Shown here in pieces: positions 53,586 to 64,000 of a stretch of DNA of 64,000 nucleotides (within the stretch, counting starts at the first letter, position 1; every line of letters starts with the position of its first letter). Both the position numbers and the translations under genes were made by a program. The DNA comes from Eledone cirrhosa (Eukaryota). The stretch covers positions 181,970,001 through 182,034,000 of the forward strand of contig OZ024740.1 of assembly GCA_964016885.1 (NCBI GenBank). The letters run 5' to 3'. The notes beneath the pieces were generated by a model that was given only the letters and a program-made list of their open reading frames with translations, was not told where the DNA came from and did not search any database.

Positions 53586-53893
53586 CAGGGTTGGATTTAG
53601 ACTTTGGGGTGGCCTGAGGCACTTCAGGTTTTGGTGGGGCCCTCATACACAAAAAAATAAATACACAACAAACACTCCCATTTTTACATATAAAAGTCAG
53701 CTAGGCACAAGTAAATGAAGTTGAAAAGCTATACATACAGTTATTAAATTCAAAAATTCTAACCATCATAAAACTAAAAAGCCTAGCTGAGGGCACAAAT
53801 AAATTGTTATGGCCATCGCTGGTGTCCACCTCCCCCCCACTGCAGAGGGCCCAGGGCAATTGCCCCTTTTGCCCCCCATTAAATCTGGCTCTG
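53586..53893. mobile_element. hAT-type MITE
   Basis: Imperfect TIRs CAGGGTTGGATTTA / TAAATCTGGCTCTG; 8-bp TSD GATGTAAA / AATGTAAA; GGGCCC-rich subtermini. Confidence 0.75.
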
Positions 53894-54594
53894 AATGTAA
53901 ACAGAGGAAGCTATAATGAACATAATTGCAGAAGAAAGCACATTTACAGGGGCATTGCTGGAGAGCTAAAGACAACATTTTTGGTGAAGTTCTTTTGTGG
54001 GAGCCTAATCAAGGAAGAACTCTCAGATGATGACAGCCAAGACCTAAACTGGTGACATAAACTGCAATCCCTCTGACCTGCTGAATATGATGAGCAATAC
54101 AATTAAATGGGGACAGAGAGTCAAGGGAATCCATGCAAGCAGTGTGACCTATTGATAATGCTATACTCTTCTGCAATTTTTCATACTTTTCCACCATGAT
54201 CCAGCTGCTGTAAAATCTCACTTATCTGTTCAATTGTCACTGAATTTCATTTTGTCTTTCCAGTCATGGTAACAACATCAAACTCAATTACTTATAACAG
54301 ATTGATACTCAGGACAAAATCGTAAAGTAAATAAAACCACCACTAATTTTGACATGCATTAAACTCTTTCAGCATGTCAGTCACTTTTTATATGATATTA
54401 TTATAACATGTCGATAGAATAAAGTACCAGTAATGCACTGGGTAATTTCTGGCCTTGTTCCAAAAGTAGAAACAATTATTACAACATTGTTTAGCTAGAT
54501 ATGCTTTCATGTAATAGTTCAATGTGCCCAACCAACATACAACAGATTCATGGTTTGTTTTTTATATGCTTCTTTATCCACATTGTTAAAGTGT

Positions 54595-55030
54595 CATGGA
54601 TTGCCAGAATCGGGGGAGCATCAGATAAAATACCATTGTGATATTTGTTCTGACTTTTTACATTATGAGTTCAAATCCCACAAATGTCAACTTTGCCTTT
54701 CTATCTTCTGGGGTCAATAAAATGACATACCAGTCAAGTACTAGGATTGATTTAAGCAACTGTGTCCTCCCCTCAAATGTGCTTATGCCAAAATTCAAAA
54801 TCATTATTTTAACACTGTTGGAGGCTGGTGGATTGGTAGGATCACTAGAGTGTTAAACAATATGCTTTGCGCCTTATAGTTACATCTTTTTTTCACTTTG
54901 TTTTCAAATCTACCTTTCATCCTTACGTGGTCAATAAGATAAAGTACCAATAATGCTCAGAGGTTGACTTTCCCCTCCCCCCAAATTTTTGGGCTTGTGC
55001 CTAACTCAGAAACCATTATTTTAACACTGT
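54595..55030 (+). mobile_element. Two tandem older Meta-type SINEs
   Basis: Both contain the CTTTC.TC.T..G.GGTCAATAA core; CATTATTTTAACACTGTT duplicated around the second. Confidence 0.75.
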
Positions 55031-55270
55031 TTCACCCTTTAGTTACCAACCCGGACAAAACCAGCTCTGGTTCTATGAGATAAAATCATCCATTTTAAAG
55101 GTTTCCAATTTAAATTAAAATCTTCCAACATAATTTTATATAAGAATCCTACATAAAGTTACTAACTTAGTAATGAAATAATTAATCATTTTAGTAAATC
55201 CCTGAAACTTCTTCATTAAGTAATTGAAATAGAGTGTATTTCATTAGAAATATGGTCATGAAGTGGTTAA
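55031..55270. mobile_element. Degenerate TTAA-flanked (piggyBac-like) MITE
   Basis: TTCA-CCCTTTAGTTACCA ... TGGTCATGAAGTGG-TTAA weak TIRs. Confidence 0.4.
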
Positions 55271-55799
55271 GGAAACCAACAACGTTCAAACGAGTATATA
55301 GACTGACACTTGATATTTTGAGAACTGTAAACAATAGACATGATCTTTACACCTGTGTCAATCAGTACTTCTTTGCTTTAATGTTTTTACATGATTTCCA
55401 GTAATTCAAGCTCACTTTTAATCATTGTAAACAAAAGACAAAATGGTAGCACGAGTATTATTCTCAAATTTAGGTCAAACACACTAAGGTTATTTAAAAA
55501 TTCACAGGATTTGGTTAACTGATGTTTGATCATACATAATTTCTGCAATTCCAGGCGAGGAACAGAATAAGCTCTGCACTCATAAATAGATGGATAGATT
55601 TGATTATATTAGCTACTAAAGTAAAAGGACTAATAAAAGACCTAATATCCAGAGGGATGTAATTGTACAAACGAAGGATGTAAAGTGATGAAATACAAGA
55701 TATAGAAATTGAGACAGTGCATGAGTATTGAAAATATAAAAATATATTTGGCTATTATTATTGGTGCTGTATTCACTTCTATCGGTTATTTTGCCATGA

Positions 55800-58700
55800 C
55801 AGTGACCATCTCTCTATCTCTCTCTCTATGAGGGCTATACCCTCTCTCTCTCCCTCTCTCTATCTATCTCTAAGCCACCTATTACCCACCTTTTCCTCTC
55901 ACCCATTCCTTCCTCACTCATCTTGAAGTTCTTGAAGAGATAAGACACACTTGACGCGGAAAGGCTAAAATGAATCACTAGAGCTGCTTAACCAGGTTCC
56001 AGCCATCCATCCATACAAATCTTTCAGGTATCCCTCTATTCCCCCAATTACAAATGTTCTGCTCACAATTATTGCTGTATTTATCACTTCGCTAGCTTCC
56101 ACAACACATTTATTTTTTTACCCTCATTTTCTCTACCATGCTGCCTCTCTATCTGTCTATTTTGCCATCAGATGCTACAGGCCATGACTTGGCTACCTAC
56201 CTCACAATTTCCCTTCCTCCCACCAATCTCCTCACACCACCATAACCTATTCGACCAATCAAACCTCAGCATGCCCCCCCCCCCCCTGTCACTACTGACC
56301 CTAACAAACCCTGCCATTTCTACTACTACCTAACTCTCTCCTCCCCCATCCCAGCCCAACACACCCTGCCATTATTACCACCACCATTGTTCTTCTAGCC
56401 CTGAATTTTCCTACCGTTATGTATGGATGAGCTGAGAATAAATTGGAACAACTCTGAATTAATAGATGAAAATGAATATGAATCCGCGAGCTACCAAGCA
56501 CCCATGTGAAGTTTCAATTCAGAGACAGGAATCACACACATACCCCTGCAAAAATCGACCCTTCCCTACGAATGTTGACAAATGCACAAAACTCCGAGTT
56601 GGTACCATCAATGTAAGCACAATAAAAGGAAGAGCAGGATAAATCGTAGAGATGCTAGAGCGAAAGGGAATTGATGTATGCTGTGTGCAAGAGACTAGAT
56701 GGAGAGGAGAGTCTGCTAGAGTCCTTGTAGGAAAAAGTCAGTGCTACAAATTTTTCTGGGTGGGAAAAGACGATAGGTTGGGTGGTGTAGATATACTACT
56801 AGCTGACAAGTGGGTAGATAAAGTAATCTCAGTATACAAGGTAAATGCAAGAATCATTAAACTCAGACTAGTCCTGAATAAAACAATTACCACAATAATA
56901 TTAGCTTACGCACCCCAATTGGGGTTGCCAAACGAACTTAAGGATCAGTTTTACGAGTCCCTAATGCACACTACTGCTCTAACAAACGACAATGACTTCC
57001 TAATCATCGCAGGAGATTTTAACGGACACGTAGGTAAACACTGTGACGGCTTGAATAGAGTCCATGGAGGCCATGGGGATGGCACAAGAAATGAAGAAGG
57101 ATTCAGACTTCTAGAATTCTGCGACGCCAATGACATGTCGATATGTAACACAAACTTCAAAAAACCCGACAACCACCTGATCACCTACAGATCAGGGGAG
57201 CATTCTAGTCAGATAGATTTTATCGTCATCAAAGGATGTGACAGATGGACGGTTATAAACACAAAAGCCTCCCAACATAGCTTAGTTGTCAGCGACCTCA
57301 GGGTCAGAACTAGACGAACCTGGAAACAGAGGCCAACCTGGAGAACAAAGATCTGGAAGCTGAAAGACCCCTCAGCCAGTAACAGATTTAAAGATATTTT
57401 ACTCAACTCCTTCGACAGTAAAGAAGAACAGATAGAGACATTCAATGTAGAAGAGCACTGGGAGTTCCTAAAAAATAACTTACTAGAGGCGACGGATGAG
57501 ATCTGTGGCTGGAGTAAGACCACAAGTAGGAGGAAAGTGACTTAGTGGTGGAACAATAAGGTAGATGAGGCAGTTAAGGGTAAGAGACAGGCATGGAAAG
57601 AATGGAAGAATGGGGTAAGCAGGGTACATTACATAGAGACCAAGAGGGAAGATAGGCGTCAAGTATACTTAGCTAGGAGGGAAGCAGAGGATAGAAAATT
57701 CAAGCATGTTTTGCAACGTGAGGATCAGAAGATTGCGAGGCAGTGTGTAAGAGAGAATTGTGATGTCATTGGAGAGAAGTGTATTCGGAATGATAAAGGT
57801 GAGCTTGCCCTCACAAGTGCTGAGAAGAAAGATGCATGGAAGAGCCATTATGATAGATTACTAAATGAGAATGCATGGGAAGAAGAGACCCTACCCCAAG
57901 TAGACCCTATAGCGGCGCCAGCAGTACAAGTCAGCAGCAGAGTAGTAAGTAAGGCAATCAAAGATATGAAGATGGGGAAGGCAACCAGTCCATCGGGTAT
58001 AGCTGCCGAGATGCTGAAGGCATCTGGTTCTGTAGGTCACACTATAACCATACGTATTGTTAACCAGGTAATACTAGAAGGTGTAATACCAAAAGATTGA
58101 TGCAGTAGCATCATTGTCAACTGCTACAAAGGTAAAGGTGATGCACTAGATAGAGGAAACTATAGAGGTATAAAGCAGATGGACCAGGTCATGAAAGTAA
58201 CAGAAAGAGTTATAGCACAGTTGATTAGGGACCGAGTGAAACTAGATGAGATACAATTTGGGTTTGTACCAGGAAGAGGCATCACTGATGCCCTCTTCCT
58301 TGTGAGGCAGTTACAGGAAAAGTACCTAGCTAAAAGTCAGCCACTATACCTGGCATTCGTCGATCTCGAGAAAGCCTTTGACAGAGTTTCACGTGCTATA
58401 GCGAGTATAGCGAGGAATTTAGCGTACAGGTTGGTGTCCCCCAGGGCTCTGTTCTTAGCCCTCTCCTGTTCATCATAGTCCTGCAGGCAATAACGGAGGA
58501 GTTTAAGACCAGATGCCCATGGTAACTCCTGTATGCAGATGACCTCGCACTTATAGCTGAATCTATGGTAGAACTAGAGAAGAAATTCCAAACTTGGAAT
58601 CAGGTACTAGAAAGAAAGGGTCTCAAAGTCAACATGACAAAGACTAAGGTCCTTCTAAATAGACGAGAAAACAGAACCCAGATCCCCTCAGGGAAATGGC

Positions 58701-59795
58701 CTTGCTCAGTATGTAGGAAAGGTGTAGGTAGGAACTCCATTCTCTGCCCCAAGTGCAAACAATGGATACACAAGAGATGTAGCGGGATCTCAGGAAGCTT
58801 AATTAAGAATGTAGGCTTCACATGTAGCAGCTGTGCTGGGACAGCAACCAGCAAACAGCCACAGGAAACAAGTACCACCAATCTCTGGGAGGGCTCTGTA
58901 GAAACAGTAGACAGCTTCTGCTACCTAGGTGACTGAATTAGCAGCGGAGGTGTGTGGTCAGAAAATACAATAACTAGGGTAAGAACGGGATGGAAGAAGT
59001 TTAGGGAACTACTACCACTGCTAGCTGCAAAAGGTTTCTCCCTCAAAAAGAAAGGCAGACTGTATGATGTGTGTATCCGAACAGCAATGTTACATGGTAG
59101 TGAGACCTGGGCGCTGAAGATGGAAGACTTATGTAGTTTAGAAAGAAACGAAGCCTGCATGCTCCGATAGATGTGTAATATAATATACGCGAATGGCAAA
59201 GCATAAATGAATTAAGAGAGAGACTGAGCATAAGATGAATAAAATGCTGTGTGCAGGAGAGGCGGTTGCGTTGGTATGGACATGTGATGCGTTTGAAGGA
59301 TGACAGCTGCATAAAAAGGTGCAGAGCACTAGAAGTCAATGGAAACGGCGGAGTGGGGAGACCCAAGAAGACCTGGGATGAGGTGATAAAAGCCAACCTT
59401 ACCCAATTACACCTCTCAAAGGCGATGACACACGACCGTTACCTCTGCCGTCACGCAGTAATACAGAGTACCTGACCTGCCATGGGTAAAAGCTGAAGCA
59501 TATAGACAATATGCCCCACACCCTCCCACTGCAAAGTGGTCATAGAGGTGCCACGGTAAAAAAGCACCCAGCCCACACTGTAAAGTGGACGTCAAGGCGC
59601 CACAGAAAAAAGCACCCAGCACTCACTGTAAATGAGGTTGGTGTTAGGAAGGGCTTCCAGCTGTAGAAATCAAGCCAAAATCAGTTCCTGTATTAACAAG
59701 GCATGGTCAGCCGACCAGACACTGCCCACAACAGGACAACATGTCTAACCCATGCTAGCGTGGAAGAACGAACGTAAAACGATGATGATGATGAT
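55800..59795 (+). mobile_element. RTE-clade LINE, near full-length
   Basis: C/T-rich putative 5' UTR, single APE-RT coding region, 3' UTR ending (GAT)n; 5' boundary approximate. Confidence 0.88.
56572..59475 (+). pseudogene. RTE ORF: AP endonuclease + RT with PHD-like finger (stops, frameshifts, deletion near 58395)
   Basis: LRVGTINV, DVCCVQETRW, AYAPQ, AGDFNGHVG, QIDF, QFGFVPG, FVDLEKAFDRV, QGSVLSP, LYADDL, FCYLG, HGSETW, RLRWYGHV, GRPKKTW. Confidence 0.93.
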
Positions 59796-59822
59796 TATAT
59801 TTGTGCAACATTTAATTAGAAG

Positions 59823-60011
59823 ATAATTGTTTCTACTTTTGGCACAAGGCCAGCAATTATTCCAGTGCATTACTGGTACTTTATTTTATCGACCCTGTAA
59901 GGATGAAAGGCAAAGTTAACCTCGGCGGGATTTGAATTCAGATCATAAAGGGCCGTAACTATGCTCCAAAGCATGGTATCTGACCCTCTAACGATACTGC
60001 CAATCCACCGC
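59823..60011 (-). mobile_element. tRNA-derived SINE (Meta-type) with 18-bp TSD
   Basis: ATTTAATTAGAAGATAAT (59810-59827) / ATTTAAATAGAAGATAAT (60013-60030). Confidence 0.9.
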
Positions 60012-61917
60012 TATTTAAATAGAAGATAATATTGAGAATTTAGGTGAATGGAGGCAGTGTTAATACAAATATGGAGATATAGCACCAATACCTAGTTCCA
60101 TCATGGAATACTATCTTTTTCTTCAATTTCCTCCTCCTCATCATAATTTTTATTATTATTTTGCTAACCCTTTTATATTTTCTATGATGCAAGGTTACTA
60201 ACAATTTTATATAAGGCATAACTTCTGACTACAAAACGTGAGACTTTCGAATGAGACTCCAACTGAACTCTCTGACAACATAACTCATTGATTATCTATA
60301 ATAGTCCACCGCATGGTGGACTAATCTGAAAGCTTTGTTCACCACAACTATCACCATCATCATCATCATCATCTCTTCATCATATTTGATGATGTAGGGT
60401 TTGAATGAGATGTAGATGATGTGGTTGAGTTGCTAGAGTCTTGTAGAGATATTTGTCTTCATATTTAACAAAGTTAGAACAAGAACTTTTGCTGCTGGTG
60501 GTGTTGTTGTGGGTAGTTATGGTGTTGGTGTTGGTGGTGGTGGTGGTAATGATCCTAATCAGGAACATAGAAATTACAAGAGAAGCTCAATGTGCCAAGG
60601 TTCTACATTGAACTGTACAAGTAGGTAGTATGCATCAAACTTTGGGTAAGTTATTTACCCGTCAAGCAAATGTTGTTTTCATATTTACTCTCTAGAGTAA
60701 ATATGAAATGTAATGTGTGTGTGTTTAAAAATTGTATTTCTTCAACATAAAAGTGGGTGTATTACTTGTTTTTTTGTTTGATTGTTTTTGATTTTCATCA
60801 AAACAATTCTTTTGAAATGCATCCAAATTTAAAACACAAAAGTCAATCAAACAACAGGTTTCCCATTACATGGCAGCAAAATTAACAGGAATGTAATATT
60901 TCTGTAATGCAGAGGATGCCTGTATATGTGGACACAAAATGGAGACTTGTATGATTTCCGTCTTTATTAATCGAGGTTATATTTGGTTATTTTAGAAGCT
61001 AATAAGATCAAAAGTGATAACATTTATTAATACAGAAGATGGAGGACTGAAGTATGGAAGTCTTCAATACAAGATTATTATATTTAATCAGAATTGATGG
61101 AGAGGAATATGTTGATGAAGTATAGATGCTTAATTAATTTCTGAAGTCACTTAACTCAACCATCATACATGAAGTTGTTATTTCATTTTCTCTCTCTCCA
61201 CACACACACACTCACACATACACACATTCATTCACATGCACATCCATCACAGATGTAGAATAATTATCTCACTAATTGGTATCAGTCACACAGGTCAGAG
61301 TAATGTGTCATTATATTTGCTTGACATATGTCCAGTTGTTTATTCTGAAAGTACATTTAATCAAAATCGTTAATCAGTAGAATTTGACATACATTTCCTT
61401 TCTAACAGTGAAAATGTATCCAGCCTATATATTATTATTCACACTTACTATACACCAAATACACAAACACAATTCTTGTATATGGCTCAGACTTACTTAC
61501 TAAACACTAAAAACATAAATACGATTCTGGTATCAATCATAACAAACAGCTGAACACTTCTAATACTCTCTGTTTATTTTATACAGCTAGTAAGAATAAT
61601 GATTAGACTGCTGTGTATACTATTAAAGTGAGCTAATTAAGAGAGCTGTAACTAATGCTTGTCATTTATCATAGAAAACAAATACGATCAATGATCATTA
61701 TAACTAAGTAAAATACATTTCACTATTCAAACATTCCATCCTACTATTCCAACCCTGGCTATGTTTGACTTTAATCCAGCAACCTGATATTCATTTCAGG
61801 GGCACATATTTTGTTTACTACTGTTATTTACATAGTCTTCTGTTTGATTCAGGGAATATTTTATAGTCTTGCTTCATGTTGAAGATGTTGATAAGGCTTT
61901 ACTGCAACATTTGGTAT

Positions 61918-62263
61918 CATCATCATCATCATCATCATCATTTTACGTCCGCTTTTCCCTGCTTGCAAGGGTGGGACGGGAACTGATTCTGGCTTGATTT
62001 CTACAGCTGGATGCTCTTCCTAACACCAACCTCATTTACAGTGAGTGCTGGGTGCTTTTTTGCCGTGGCACCTCCCCGACCACTTTGCAGTGGAATGATA
62101 TGGACCCCAGTCCCCATCATCTCATTTCTACAGCTGAGTAAACTGGAGCAATGTGAAATAAAGTGTCTTGCTCAAGGAAACAACACATCACCCGGCCTGA
62201 GAATTGAACTCACAACCTTTCGATTGCAAGGCCAATGCTCTAACCACTAAGCCATGTGCCTCC
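61918..62263 (-). mobile_element. Composite SINE: tRNA head + CORE + RTE 3' tail
   Basis: Minus strand: TGGCTTAGTGG (A box), GAGTTCAATTCTC (B box), CORE, then sequence matching RTE 3' UTR 59525-59690 and (GAT)n. Confidence 0.8.
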
Positions 62264-62288
62264 ATGGTATATTTTTTTTTTTTCATGT

Positions 62289-62482
62289 TTAACGCTTTAG
62301 CATTGAACCCAGCTGTATCTAGCCAGAATTCTCTAATCATTTCTGTTCAAATCAGCCATAAATGGCCCATCATACTGACGTTAAGGTTTTGTTCTCAAAA
62401 TAAATTATTCAAAATCTCCTAGATTATGTGAGATAAAGCCTTTACTGCAAAAAAACAGAGTAATGTAAATGCTAAGTATTAA
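62289..62482. mobile_element. Degenerate TTAA-flanked MITE
   Basis: TTAACGCTTTAGCATT ... AATGCTAAGTATTAA imperfect TIRs. Confidence 0.45.
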
Positions 62483-63885
62483 TTGGCAAATATAATTTTT
62501 CCATTAATTTTTCTGTGGACGCCCAACATTGAGGACTGCAGATGTAGCAGGGGATCAAGGTCCAAACCGTTAAACCCAGTGTAGCATACTTAGTATACTG
62601 CAATGAAGAAAATCATGAACAGACATAGATTTAATCTACTTTATGTAACTTATTGGAATATTTATGTGATAAAAAGCTGGCCTTGAACTATTTCAATATT
62701 TTCCATATCAGAAATAAATACAATAGGTTTAAATACTATAAATATTGAAAATATTTAATTAGTTAGTTAATATTATTCTCAAGTCAAGCATGTAAAGAAA
62801 ACAATTTCAAACGTATTTTATTCTCATCCATCATCAGTGGAAATATAATTTTTATCCTTACTTACTAGTCCTGTAGTATCTAGTTTATGATATAGAAATA
62901 TTTTTTTTTTAATCATTGAATAACACAGGGAAATGAAATTAATGAGAGCTGATTACATATTTATGTAATAAAATCGTGGCCTTCATTATTTCAATACTTC
63001 CATTTTCATAAATAACCATAGTAATATTAAATACTATAAATATGAAAAAATATTACAACTTAGCTGGCATCACCATATTTAACTCTACTGTGGTTATTTT
63101 TTATATTAAAAACATTAGATATAATCAGAAGCAACTGTTTTATGACTTGTACGTTTAGTGCAATGTGCAGAAAAAAAATACAATTAGAAAGTTTTTAGGT
63201 TTGTGTAATAGTAATAAGCTAGAGACCTCTATTTAAAAAGCATTTGACTGTAGAGAATAGCTTAAATGAAATATTGTTGTGTTAAAAAACAATCGAAGTT
63301 TCAGAATCTCTGTTTATGCACATCCTTACCAAAATGTTTGTTTTTTCAGTTACAGATATCATTATTCCTGGAAGTGACGCTCTGCAACAGAACCATTCAC
63401 TCAAGCCTTTAGTCTTTACTGTTGGCCTTATTTATTTTATCTAAAAGACCCTCATAGTCTGTATCTCCTTTTTTCTATAATAGCCAACCTTACCAATCTT
63501 GCGTTATAGCTATTAATATTTATATATACTTGTGTCTAAGGCCTCTGTTAGCCAGGGATAAAAATGTATCAGCTCCTGGAATATAATTCTCTGTGGAAAA
63601 TTATCTGTCGACTAAGTCACACCTCTCCATGCCACCAGTGTTGTTCAAAGTCTGATACAGCTGGACACCAGTGTTATTGCAAGTAATCTCAAAACCAGGA
63701 AATAAGGGAACAAATACCACAAATCATTTTGTCTGATAATCTAAGAAATCTGAAAATCACTGGACTTGATTTGGACTTCATTTTTCCAAATTATGGCACT
63801 ATTTGAATTCAGATTTAAAAGGATCAAAACGGATACAATAAGGCATTTACTCTGACATTTTACTGATTGACTAATTCACTAATTT

Positions 63886-64000
<115 letters not shown>

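Noticed and set aside
55930-55985. Possible HDV-like ribozyme in the RTE 5' UTR
   Set aside because: Could not build the nested double pseudoknot by eye
62400-63445. Isolated strong acceptors (minus ~62600; plus ~63349) with short open frames
   Set aside because: No matching donors, opposite strands and no recognisable peptide

Overview
AT-rich, microsatellite-dense animal genomic DNA with no recognisable host protein-coding gene, so it is either intergenic or part of a very large intron. The tRNA-derived SINE set (Meta-type and CORE-type central domains), RTE LINEs with (GAT)n tails and the microsatellite load suggest a coleoid cephalopod such as Octopus; this is inference. All convincing coding sequence belongs to decayed transposable elements: a near full-length RTE LINE (~55.8-59.8 kb, +) and a truncated copy (1.8-4.1 kb, -); a Tx1/L1-clade two-ORF element inserted in (TAA)n (31.25-36.75 kb, -); an R4/Dong-clade RT+RLE element (37.56-41.16 kb, +); two CRE-clade RLE fragments; a Penelope GIY-YIG fragment; and a hAT transposase relic. 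There are also many SINEs and MITEs. The most notable unannotated signal is a set of non-coding fold-back (palindromic) elements embedded in (TA)n runs at about 1.1, 1.3, 14.5 and 16.8 kb. Two of them, plus a single-arm relic at 16.1 kb, carry minimal type-I hammerhead-ribozyme motifs (CUGAUGA...GAAA + palindromic hexamer + UH), typical of Penelope-like element termini. Other oddities: a dense out-of-frame UAG cluster inside Tx1 ORF2, a PHD-type finger inside the RTE RT domain, a CORE-SINE with an RTE tail, a local duplication-inversion, and one candidate 26-nt micro-exon. All alignments, counts and family calls were made by eye.
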